From contig JAUNRX010000004.1 of NCBI GenBank assembly GCA_030539495.1, forward strand, positions 8,746 to 72,745: a stretch of 64,000 nucleotides of DNA. Reading direction: 5' to 3'. Position numbers and translations under genes: made by a program. The notes under the pieces are model-generated. The model was not told the origin of the DNA. It searched no databases and saw only the letters and a list, made by a program, of their open reading frames with translations. This document shows positions 1-8,397 of this stretch, piece by piece. This DNA is from a bacterium. Its GTDB lineage: Bacteria; Bacillota; Clostridia; Lachnospirales; Lachnospiraceae. Every line of letters begins with the position of its first letter. Position 1 is the first letter of the stretch.

Positions 1-1273
1 CACCACCTGTTGCACCAAAGATGACAGCAGCACCAGAAGACATACCTAATGGGTCATCGAAAGTTTCATCAGGAAGGGATCTAAAGTTAATTCCCTGTTG
101 ATCAATCATTTGTGCAAGTTCTCTTGTAGTAATTGCTATATCGACATCAGGAACACCTGCGGCGTTCTGATTATCTCTACCAATTTCATATTTCTTAGCA
201 GTACAAGGCATGATGCTGACCATTACAATCTTAGCAGGATCAATATTCATTTTCTCAGCATAGTAGGTCTTTGTGATTGCTCCAAACATCTGCTGTGGTG
301 ACTTACAGCTCGAAAGATTTTCTGTCATCTCAGGGAAGTAGTGTTCACAGTAATTAATCCATCCTGGAGAGCAGGAAGTGATAAGTGGAAGCGTTCCATT
401 ATTTTGGATACGATCGATTAACTCATGCGCTTCTTCCATTATTGTCAGATCAGCTGAGAAGTTAGTATCAAATACCTTGTCAAATCCTAGCAGGCGTAGA
501 GCAGCAACCATCTTGCCCTGTACATTTGTTCCAATTGGATAGTCAAAGCATTCTCCAAGTGCAGCACGAACAGCAGGTGCCGTTTGTACAAAAACAATCT
601 TATCAGGATCAGCAATGGCATCAAAGACTTGTTTGGTATAGTTCTTTTCTGCTAATGCACCAGTTGGACAGACAGCAATACATTGCCCACAGGAGACACA
701 GCTTGTTTCGCCTAATCCCATTTCAAAAGCACAGCCAATTTGTGTCTTAAAGCCTCTTTCATTGGCACCAATGACGCCTACGCTTTGTACCTTTTCACAA
801 ACAGCCACACATCTTCTGCATAAGATACACTTGGAATTATCACGATACATATGGGCGGCAGAGTGATCAATTTCAGAATGGATCTGCTCCCCTTTATAAT
901 AGTCTTCATTATCCACTTTTAAATCCTTGCATAGTTTTTGCAGTTCGCAGTCTCTGCTTCGTATACAGGATAGACAGGATTTATTATGATTGGATAATAA
1001 TAATTGCAGCGTTTTCTTTCGGGAGTCTAAGACTTTCTCTGTATTCGTATAGACTTCCATATTTTCAGCGACAGGATAAACACAAGAAGCCACCAGACTT
1101 CTCGCTCCTTTGACTTCTACCACACAAATTCTACAGGCACCAATTTCATTAATGTCCTTAAGATAACAGAGTGTGGGTATATTGATATGGGCCAAATGTG
1201 CTGCTTCTAAAATAGTGGAACCCTTAGGAGCTTCTACGGTCTGCCCATTTATTTTTAAAGTTACAGTCTCCAT
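1..1273 (-). CDS. hydA: [FeFe]-hydrogenase catalytic subunit of an electron-bifurcating (group A3-like) complex; 3' end beyond window start
   Basis: Manual translation from ATG at 1273 (RBS GGAGG): METVTLKINGQTVEAPKGSTILEAA..., [2Fe-2S] and 2x[4Fe-4S] motifs (CILCRRCVAVC, CVSCGQCIAVCP), H-cluster L1 TSCSPGW and L2 MPCTAKKYE; downstream of a NuoF-like gene. Not in the ORF track because it runs off the edge. Confidence 0.95.
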   Translation of the reverse strand, partial: METVTLKINGQTVEAPKGSTILEAAHLAHINIPTLCYLKDINEIGACRICVVEVKGARSLVASCVYPVAENMEVYTNTEKVLDSRKKTLQLLLSNHNKSCLSCIRSRDCELQKLCKDLKVDNEDYYKGEQIHSEIDHSAAHMYRDNSKCILCRRCVAVCEKVQSVGVIGANERGFKTQIGCAFEMGLGETSCVSCGQCIAVCPTGALAEKNYTKQVFDAIADPDKIVFVQTAPAVRAALGECFDYPIGTNVQGKMVAALRLLGFDKVFDTNFSADLTIMEEAHELIDRIQNNGTLPLITSCSPGWINYCEHYFPEMTENLSSCKSPQQMFGAITKTYYAEKMNIDPAKIVMVSIMPCTAKKYEIGRDNQNAAGVPDVDIAITTRELAQMIDQQGINFRSLPDETFDDPLGMSSGAAVIFGATGG

Positions 1274-1283
1274 AATAACCTCC

Positions 1284-3074
1284 TTATTTCTTTATGATGG
1301 CCCCAAATTTACATTTCTCCATACAAGCACCACATTTTAAACATTTCTCAGGATCAATTACATGAGGATGTTTCACTGTGCCGGTAATTGCACCAGCAGG
1401 GCATACCCTAGCGCACATTGTACAGCCTTTACATTTTTCAGGCTGGATTTCATAATGTAGCAATGCCTTGCAGACACCGGCAGGACATTTCTTATCAACC
1501 ACATGTGCAAGATACTCATCTTTGAAATAACGAAGGGTAGATAAAACAGGATTTGGAGCAGTCTGTCCTAATCCACAGAGAGAGTTTTCTTTAATGTAAT
1601 AACAAAGTTCCTCTAACTTATCTAAGTCTTCTAAAGTACCATTTCCTTTTGTGATCTTATCTAGCAGTTCAAGCAGACGTTTGGTTCCGATACGGCAAGG
1701 GGTGCATTTTCCACAAGATTCATCTACAGTAAATTGTAAAAAGAATTTTGCGATATCTACCATGCAGTTATCTTCATCCATTACGATCAGGCCGCCAGAA
1801 CCCATCATGGAGCCAATACTGATCAGATTATCATAGTCAATAGGAATATCAAAATGTTCTGCAGGAATGCATCCACCTGAAGGACCACCGGTCTGTGCTG
1901 CTTTAAATTTCTTACCATGAGGGATGCCGCCACCAATCTCTTCAATGACTTCTCGAAGCGTGGTTCCCATTGGAATTTCTACAAGGCCTGTATTATTAAT
2001 CTTTCCACCAAGAGCAAATACTTTGGTTCCTTTGGATTTTTCGGTTCCCATGGAGGCAAACCATTTTGGGCCATTTAAAATAATTTGAGGAATATTGGCA
2101 TAGGTCTCTACATTATTTAAAATGGTTGGTTCCTTAAATAAGCCTTTTTGTGCTGGAAATGGAGGTCTAGGTCTAGGCTCTCCACGTTTTCCTTCAATGG
2201 AAGTCATAAGAGCAGTCTCTTCTCCACATACAAAAGCACCGGCACCAAGCCGCAGTCCGATATCAAAATCAAAGCCAGAAGAGAAGATATCTTTTCCAAG
2301 TAATCCATATTCTCTTGCCTGATCGATGGCAATCTTAAGTCTCTTTACAGCGATAGGATATTCGGCACGAACATAGATATATCCTTGATTAGCACCGATG
2401 GCATATCCTGCAATGGCCATTGCCTCTAATACAACATGGGGATCACCTTCCAGGACGGAACGATCCATAAATGCTCCGGGATCTCCTTCATCAGCATTAC
2501 AGCAGACATATTTTTGATCGGAATCATTTCCTTTTGCCAATTTCCACTTGATTCCTGTTGGAAATCCACCACCACCACGGCCACGAAGTCCGCTATCAAT
2601 TAGAGTCTGTATTACTTCATCAGGCGTCATGGAAGTAACGACTTTTCCTAAAGCCTCATATCCGCCTGTTCCTATGTATTCTTCTATATTTTCAGGGTTA
2701 ATGACACCACAGTTACGTAGTGCGATACGATGTTGATTTTTGTAGAACTTGGTATCAGATAGAGATTTTACATCCCCACTATCTGTAACCGTTTCGTTAT
2801 ATAAAAGACGTTTTACGACACGGCCTTTTAATAAATGCTCTTCCACGATTTCAGGAATATCCTCTACTTTGACCATGGAGTAAAAAGACGCTTCCGGATA
2901 AACAATCATAATAGGACCTAATGCACATAATCCATGACATCCAGTCTGAACGACGCATATCTCTTTGCTTAGTCCCTGTTTTTCAATCTCTGCTTGTAAT
3001 GCTTTTATGATTTCACCGCTTCCAGAGGAAGTGCATCCGGTTCCACCACAAACTAAGACATGTGAACGATACAT
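1284..3074 (-). CDS. hydB: NuoF-like NADH/FMN-binding subunit of bifurcating hydrogenase
   Basis: GLRGRGGGGFP, CNADEGDPGAFMDR, GAGAFVCGEETAL, ESCGKCTPCRIG motifs, N-terminal thioredoxin-like [2Fe-2S] domain, C-terminal 2x[4Fe-4S]. Confidence 0.95.
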   Translation of the reverse strand: MYRSHVLVCGGTGCTSSGSGEIIKALQAEIEKQGLSKEICVVQTGCHGLCALGPIMIVYPEASFYSMVKVEDIPEIVEEHLLKGRVVKRLLYNETVTDSGDVKSLSDTKFYKNQHRIALRNCGVINPENIEEYIGTGGYEALGKVVTSMTPDEVIQTLIDSGLRGRGGGGFPTGIKWKLAKGNDSDQKYVCCNADEGDPGAFMDRSVLEGDPHVVLEAMAIAGYAIGANQGYIYVRAEYPIAVKRLKIAIDQAREYGLLGKDIFSSGFDFDIGLRLGAGAFVCGEETALMTSIEGKRGEPRPRPPFPAQKGLFKEPTILNNVETYANIPQIILNGPKWFASMGTEKSKGTKVFALGGKINNTGLVEIPMGTTLREVIEEIGGGIPHGKKFKAAQTGGPSGGCIPAEHFDIPIDYDNLISIGSMMGSGGLIVMDEDNCMVDIAKFFLQFTVDESCGKCTPCRIGTKRLLELLDKITKGNGTLEDLDKLEELCYYIKENSLCGLGQTAPNPVLSTLRYFKDEYLAHVVDKKCPAGVCKALLHYEIQPEKCKGCTMCARVCPAGAITGTVKHPHVIDPEKCLKCGACMEKCKFGAIIKK

Positions 3075-3087
3075 GGAAACTCCCCCT

Positions 3088-3462
3088 TTAAGATCCGAGT
3101 ACCTCGGAAATGGTGTATTCTTTTACAATCTGTCCACGAATTAGGTGCTGATCGACTACGACCAGTGCTTTTTCTGGAGTCATCTTTACGTAAGTAACTT
3201 TTTCTTTGCCTGGTTCCATAACTTCGACAATCGGTTCATATTGGCATAGACCAATACATCCAGTCTGTGTCACAGTTACATTATCAAGTCCTTTTTCCAA
3301 AACGGCATCGGAAAGAGTAGTGAGTACAGGCCTAGCGCCGCTCGCAATGCCACAGGTAGCCATACCAACGACAACCCGCGTTCCTGTATCATCTTCTGAT
3401 CTAAGACCAACTTGCCCCTGCATCTTCTCACGAATGGCCCTTAGTTCTTCTAGTGACTTCAT
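3088..3462 (-). CDS. hydD: Thioredoxin-like [2Fe-2S] ferredoxin subunit (HydD/HndB-like)
   Basis: MATCGIASGA and TGCIGLC motifs; position between hydC and hydB. Confidence 0.8.
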   Translation of the reverse strand: MKSLEELRAIREKMQGQVGLRSEDDTGTRVVVGMATCGIASGARPVLTTLSDAVLEKGLDNVTVTQTGCIGLCQYEPIVEVMEPGKEKVTYVKMTPEKALVVVDQHLIRGQIVKEYTISEVLGS

Positions 3463-3487
3463 AGAAAATACCTCCTATAATAATGTG

Positions 3488-4045
3488 TTATAGAATTGCT
3501 CCACCATCTACAGCTATTTTATTTTCAGATAAATATTCTTTAATATATGTAGAAACTTCCTTAGTATTTAATGGGATATCTTTAAGAATTGTTCGAAATG
3601 TCCTTGTATCTAACTCGAAGGAGCGATCATTATAAGTATAGATATAGTCAAAATCAACCGTTAGATTACAAGTAATAAGAGAGTGAATTGTAGAGGTAAT
3701 ATCTCCTAATGGCATTCTATCAATATGTGATAGAACAAAGGAGGCGTCTACTGTAGTCCCTTCCCCTACGGTAGAGCTGATATGAAAAGTTCCCCCAGTC
3801 GACTCGGACTGAAATTTAAAGAAAGGAACACCAAGACCAACTTTTCGTGTGGTTCGAGTTGTAAAGAAAGGATCGACCACAGCTTCTAGTTGTTCATTTG
3901 TCATACCATTACCATTATCTTTGATCTGTATCGTCAATAAATCCATTGGTGTGCTAATTGTTATATGTATTATAACGAGTGATGCACTGGCAGCAATGGA
4001 GTTGTTTGTTATGTCTAATACATTGAGAGATAACTCTGTCATCAT
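3488..4045 (-). CDS. Stand-alone histidine-kinase-like ATPase (HATPase_c) embedded in hyd operon
   Basis: N-box LDITNNSIAA, G1 DNGNGM, F-box DPFFTT, G2 GLGVPF; no sensor or dimerisation/His domain. Confidence 0.8.
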   Translation of the reverse strand: MMTELSLNVLDITNNSIAASASLVIIHITISTPMDLLTIQIKDNGNGMTNEQLEAVVDPFFTTRTTRKVGLGVPFFKFQSESTGGTFHISSTVGEGTTVDASFVLSHIDRMPLGDITSTIHSLITCNLTVDFDYIYTYNDRSFELDTRTFRTILKDIPLNTKEVSTYIKEYLSENKIAVDGGAIL

Positions 4046-4048
4046 AGC

Positions 4049-4543
4049 TTAAGCGTATTTTGCAAGTATTTCGTCAATGTCGTCTACTGTAAGTCGGCCA
4101 TATACATCGTCATTTACAGTAAGAACAGGTGCGAGACCACAAGCACCAATGCAACGGCATGCATCAAGAGAAAACTTACCATCTGGTGTACATTCTCCAC
4201 CTTGAATGCCAAGCTTTTCAGTGAGTTGATTGTAGATATCACCGGAGCCTTTAACATAACAAGCAGTACCTAAGCACACAGATATCTGATATTTTCCTTT
4301 TGGATTAAGGGAAAATTGAGAATAAAAAGTGACAACGCCATAGATTTTCTCTAATGGAATATCCATTTCATTAGAAATAATGGTTTGTACTTCGATAGGA
4401 AGATATCCGTAGATGTCTTGGGCTTGTTGAAGTACTGGCATAAGTGCACCTTTATCATCTTTATAAGCTTCGATGATCTGCATTAATTCGGCTTCTTGTT
4501 CTTTTGTTCCGTTAAATGGAACCGTGGATGTTTTAGAACCCAT
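4049..4543 (-). CDS. hydC: NuoE-like [2Fe-2S] subunit of bifurcating hydrogenase
   Basis: VCLGTAC...CRCIGACGLAPV motif, YGVVTFYSQF. Confidence 0.93.
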   Translation of the reverse strand: MGSKTSTVPFNGTKEQEAELMQIIEAYKDDKGALMPVLQQAQDIYGYLPIEVQTIISNEMDIPLEKIYGVVTFYSQFSLNPKGKYQISVCLGTACYVKGSGDIYNQLTEKLGIQGGECTPDGKFSLDACRCIGACGLAPVLTVNDDVYGRLTVDDIDEILAKYA

Positions 4544-4734
4544 TCGTTTACCTCCTTGATTTAATAATCTATAAACACATGAAAGAAATTTCCTTCATAG
4601 TATTTCGTGTTTGTCCTTGATTTAACATACAATATTATAGCATAGCACCTTGTAAAAATCCACAAGTATATGCACATTTAACAATAAATGGAAATGGCAA
4701 AATATATAAAATTTTCTGTTATGAGATTGAGAAT

Positions 4735-4752
4735 TTGTTAATTATTTAACTA
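4735..4752. promoter_or_regulatory. Putative Rex (NADH/NAD+ sensor) operator
   Basis: TTGTTAATTATTTAACTA, 1 mismatch to clostridial Rex consensus TTGTTAANNNNTTAACAA, in the divergent gap between the two hydrogenase operons. Confidence 0.65.
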
Positions 4753-4911
4753 GATATTAACAGTAGTTACATTTAATTGGAATGTATTGAAAAAAATAGG
4801 GTGTAATGTTATACTTTTTGCATAATGTAAAGGTTTTACAAATACATATTAATACAATAAAGTGTATAAAAATGCAACCCATTATTTTAGAAAAAATGAG
4901 GAGGAGCTGTA

Positions 4912-5262
4912 GTGACTGTTTATCAAGTATGTAAAGCATTAGATGCGAAAGTTGTCTGTGGTGAAACACGTATGGATAAAGATGTTCACAATGCATGTGG
5001 TTCTGATATGTTGAGTGATGTGCTTGCGTTTGTAAAAGACCAGTCTGTATTGTTAACTGGCCTTTGTAACCCCCAGGTAATCCGTACTGCTGAAATGATG
5101 GACATTATATGTATCGTATTTGTACGTGGAAAAGAACCTGACCATGCAATGGTACAATTAGCAAATACACTTGGGATTACATTGTTAACTACTAGTCATA
5201 GAATGTTCAGCGCATGCGGACTCTTATATGAGAAGGGTCTAAGAGGAGGTGCATCTTATTGA
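4912..5262 (+). CDS. DRTGG-domain protein
   Basis: GSDMLSDVLA / VLLTGL / IVFVRGK pattern; GTG start with GGAGG RBS. Confidence 0.8.
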   Translation: MTVYQVCKALDAKVVCGETRMDKDVHNACGSDMLSDVLAFVKDQSVLLTGLCNPQVIRTAEMMDIICIVFVRGKEPDHAMVQLANTLGITLLTTSHRMFSACGLLYEKGLRGGASY

Positions 5263-5684
5263 GTGCCTCTATGCAGCTACATTATGTAGTTTCTTCTGAG
5301 GACTTTACACGGGCAGGCGAGGCATCCAGTGATGTGAAGAGCAAGCTGAAGAAGCTTGGATTTTCACCGGATGTTGTGCGAAGGGTGGCCATCGTGATGT
5401 ATGAAGGTGAGATCAATATGGTAATTCATGCGAATGGCGGCGAGATAGAGGTTGTAATATCTGAGGAAGAAGTAATTATGAAGTTAGAGGACCACGGTCC
5501 AGGAATCGCAGATGTAGAACAGGCCATGCAAGAAGGATTTTCTACAGCACCTGACAATATACGGACATTAGGATTTGGAGCCGGTATGGGGCTTCCTAAT
5601 ATGAAGAAGTATGCGGACGTTATGGAGATACAGACTAAGATTAATGTGGGAACAACAGTACTTATGAAAGTAGCTGTGAGCTAG
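5259..5684 (+). CDS. Anti-sigma-factor-like Ser/Thr kinase (RsbT/SpoIIAB-type HATPase_c)
   Basis: YEGEINMVIHA, DHGPGI, GFST, GAGMGLPNMKK motifs. Confidence 0.85.
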   Translation: MSASMQLHYVVSSEDFTRAGEASSDVKSKLKKLGFSPDVVRRVAIVMYEGEINMVIHANGGEIEVVISEEEVIMKLEDHGPGIADVEQAMQEGFSTAPDNIRTLGFGAGMGLPNMKKYADVMEIQTKINVGTTVLMKVAVS

Positions 5685-5710
5685 ATTATTTTGGTTTGAA
5701 AGGAGAACAT

Positions 5711-6991
5711 ATGGATAAGTTCTATAATTCAGTTCGCCTAGATGCTGATAAGTGTATGGGATGTATTAACTGTATTAAACGGTGCCCAACACAGGCAATC
5801 CGCGTACGTAATGGGAAGGCGGTAATTACAAGGGAATTCTGTATTGATTGTGGAGAATGCATTCGTATATGTCCGCATCATGCAAAGCTTGCTACTTATG
5901 ATAGTATGGATATTCTGAACAAATACAAGTACACAATTGCATTGCCGGCACCAAGCCTGTATGCACAATTTAATAATTTAGATGATATTAATATTATTCT
6001 TACTGCACTTTTGAAGCTGGGATTTGATGAAGTTTATGAGGTGAGTGGTGCAGCAGAGATTGTATCAGAGCTATCTCGAAAATATGTAGCAGAGCATAAG
6101 GACCTATGGCCAATTATCAGTACAGCATGTCCATCGGTGGTACGTCTGATCAGGGTACGTTTTCCAAACCTGATTGAGCATTTACTTCCAATCAGTGCAC
6201 CAGTGGATCTTGCAGCATCCATTGTAAAGAAGAATGTAATGGAAAAGACGAAGCTGCCTCGAAGTGATATTGGCATTATCTTTATTTCACCATGTCCTGC
6301 AAAAGTGACTGCCAAGTATTCGCCTCTTGGAATTGATAAGAGTGATATTGATGCCGTACTTGCAATTAAAGAGGTATATCCGAAGTTACTTCCTCTTATG
6401 AAAGAGGTAAGAAATGATGTAGAGGAGCTATCAATTGCAGGGAAGATCGGTATCTCCTGGGGAAGTACAGGTGGTGAGGCAGCAGGTCTTTTAACGGATA
6501 ACTATCTTGCAGCGGATGGGATTGAGAATGTAATCCGTGTATTAGAAGATATAGAGGATCAGAAGTTTACCAATTTAGAGTTTATTGAATTGAATGCCTG
6601 TAATGGAGGCTGTGTAGGGGGCGTGCTAACTGTTGAGAATCCATTTGTAGCGAAGGTTAAGCTTAAGAGGTTAAGAAAGTATATGCCAGTTGCATGTGTG
6701 CGACTGAATTCAAGACCTCCGGAAAATGCATATTGGAATACAAGCGTTCAATATGAGCCTGTCTTTAAGTTGGGAGAGAACTTGAAGGAAAGCATTATGT
6801 TGGGAGCAGAAGTGGAAGAAATCTTAAGCAGGCTTCCTGGACTTGATTGTGGGTCTTGTGGGGCACCAACGTGTCGTGCATTAGCAGAAGATGTGGTTCG
6901 GGGTGTAGCCAAGGAAAAGGATTGTATCCATATCTTACGAGAGTATATTCATAAGATATCCAATGAAATAAATAGGCTTGACCAAGAATAG
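5711..6991 (+). CDS. Atypical [FeFe]-hydrogenase-fold protein (2x[4Fe-4S] + H-domain + C-terminal FeS domain), probably regulatory
   Basis: CMGCINCIKRCP and CIDCGECIRICP; variant H-cluster motifs STACP, SPCPAK, ELNACNGGCVGG; C-terminal CGSCGAPTC. ATG at 5711 preferred over TTG 5696 (RBS AGGAG). Confidence 0.8.
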   Translation: MDKFYNSVRLDADKCMGCINCIKRCPTQAIRVRNGKAVITREFCIDCGECIRICPHHAKLATYDSMDILNKYKYTIALPAPSLYAQFNNLDDINIILTALLKLGFDEVYEVSGAAEIVSELSRKYVAEHKDLWPIISTACPSVVRLIRVRFPNLIEHLLPISAPVDLAASIVKKNVMEKTKLPRSDIGIIFISPCPAKVTAKYSPLGIDKSDIDAVLAIKEVYPKLLPLMKEVRNDVEELSIAGKIGISWGSTGGEAAGLLTDNYLAADGIENVIRVLEDIEDQKFTNLEFIELNACNGGCVGGVLTVENPFVAKVKLKRLRKYMPVACVRLNSRPPENAYWNTSVQYEPVFKLGENLKESIMLGAEVEEILSRLPGLDCGSCGAPTCRALAEDVVRGVAKEKDCIHILREYIHKISNEINRLDQE

Positions 6992-7002
6992 GGGGAGATA
7001 GG

Positions 7003-7338
7003 TTGACTGTTAAGGAGTTAATTGAGAGTGGTAAGTTTCATAGTATTAATGAACAAGGCGATTGTACCAAAGAAATTACCGTACCTTTTTGTTGTGATTT
7101 ATTAAGCATCGCTATGAGTAAGGCGCCTGCCGGAGCAGCCTGGGTTACTGTTATGGGAAATGTGAATACGATTGCAGTTGCATCACTTACAGAGGTTTCC
7201 GTATTGATCCTTGCACAAGGGATGAAGTTAGATGAGTTTGCTTTAAAGAAAGCAAGGAGTCAGAATGTGATAGTATTAGCTACGGCTATGCCGATTTTCG
7301 AGACTGCTTACTGGATTTATAATCAAATGCATGAATAG
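7003..7338 (+). CDS. DRTGG-like domain protein
   Basis: CCDLLSIAMSKA...WVTVMGNVNTIAVA pattern typical of hydrogenase-associated DRTGG-like proteins. Confidence 0.65.
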   Translation: MTVKELIESGKFHSINEQGDCTKEITVPFCCDLLSIAMSKAPAGAAWVTVMGNVNTIAVASLTEVSVLILAQGMKLDEFALKKARSQNVIVLATAMPIFETAYWIYNQMHE

Positions 7339-8053
7339 ATTATCATACGACTTACATATCCATTCCTGTTTGTCTCCTTGTGCAGATGAGGATATGACAC
7401 CGGCAAATATAGTAGGAATGGCATCTATTAAGGAATTAGATGTAATTGCAGTGACAGATCATAATAGTTGTAGAAATTGCAGAGCAGTAATCGAGTGGGC
7501 AAAACAGTATGATATTATGGCATTACCTGGAATGGAACTGACGACAGAGGAAGAGGTGCATGTATTGTGTTTATTTGAGACTTTGGAGAGTGCATTGCAG
7601 TTTGACCGGTATGTTTATGAAAGGCTAGGCCATATTAGGAACAGTGCCGTTATCTTTGGAGAACAGTATCTGTATAATGAAAAGGATGAAAGGATTGGAG
7701 AAGAAGAGCGCTTGCTCATTCAGAGTACATCCATCCATTTTGATGAAGTCTATGATCTTATGCGGCAGTTTGACGGAGTAATGGTTCCTGCGCATATTGA
7801 TAAGAGTGCAAATAGCTTATTATATAATCTTGGATTTATTCCAGAGGGAAGTAAGTTTCAGTGTGTGGAAATTGCAAATCTACAGAGAAAAAAACAGTTA
7901 TGTGAAGAACAGGAGTACTTACAGGGGATAAGAGTTATTTCAGACTCAGATGCACATTATCTAACAGATATCAATGAACCGAAGAACTGGATAGAAGTTG
8001 AGAAGCCAACCATTTTATCCGTAATTAACTGGTTAAGAAATACTAGGAATTGA
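7331..8053 (+). CDS. PHP-family metal-dependent phosphoesterase
   Basis: DLHIHS, VTDHN, PAHID, SDSDAH metal-binding motifs. Confidence 0.88.
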   Translation: MNRLSYDLHIHSCLSPCADEDMTPANIVGMASIKELDVIAVTDHNSCRNCRAVIEWAKQYDIMALPGMELTTEEEVHVLCLFETLESALQFDRYVYERLGHIRNSAVIFGEQYLYNEKDERIGEEERLLIQSTSIHFDEVYDLMRQFDGVMVPAHIDKSANSLLYNLGFIPEGSKFQCVEIANLQRKKQLCEEQEYLQGIRVISDSDAHYLTDINEPKNWIEVEKPTILSVINWLRNTRN

Positions 8054-8151
8054 CATTTTATATAAATGCTATCGGTGTTAGAATTATTTTATTTGGATCA
8101 TGAATGTGGCTGGTTAATTTAGCTTAGTCAGTCAAATAGGGGGGGATTAAA

Positions 8152-8397
8152 TTGGATATTACAATATGCATCGGAAGTTCCTGTCATTTAAAAGGTTCAC
8201 GGGAAATTGTCAGTGAGCTGCAACGGCTTTTAAAAGAGCATAATCTTCAGGATCAAGTAGAGCTTAATGGATCCTTTTGCATGGGACAATGTGTAAAAGG
8301 AGTTTGTACAAAGATCGATGGAAAGCTATTTTCTTTATCACCGGAGGACACGCAGACATTCTTCGAGAATGAGGTGCTTAGGAGGCTGAATGGATGA
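8152..8397 (+). CDS. Small thioredoxin-like [2Fe-2S] protein (HfsA-like)
   Basis: ICIGSSCHLKG...FCMGQC motif; first gene of hfs-type operon. Confidence 0.8.
   Translation: MDITICIGSSCHLKGSREIVSELQRLLKEHNLQDQVELNGSFCMGQCVKGVCTKIDGKLFSLSPEDTQTFFENEVLRRLNG

Noticed and set aside
98-750. Short plus-strand ORFs at 98-301 and 526-750, and the many other short antisense ORFs in the track
   Set aside because: They are shadows on the opposite strand or in alternate frames of well-supported genes such as hydA, and have no RBS or motifs.
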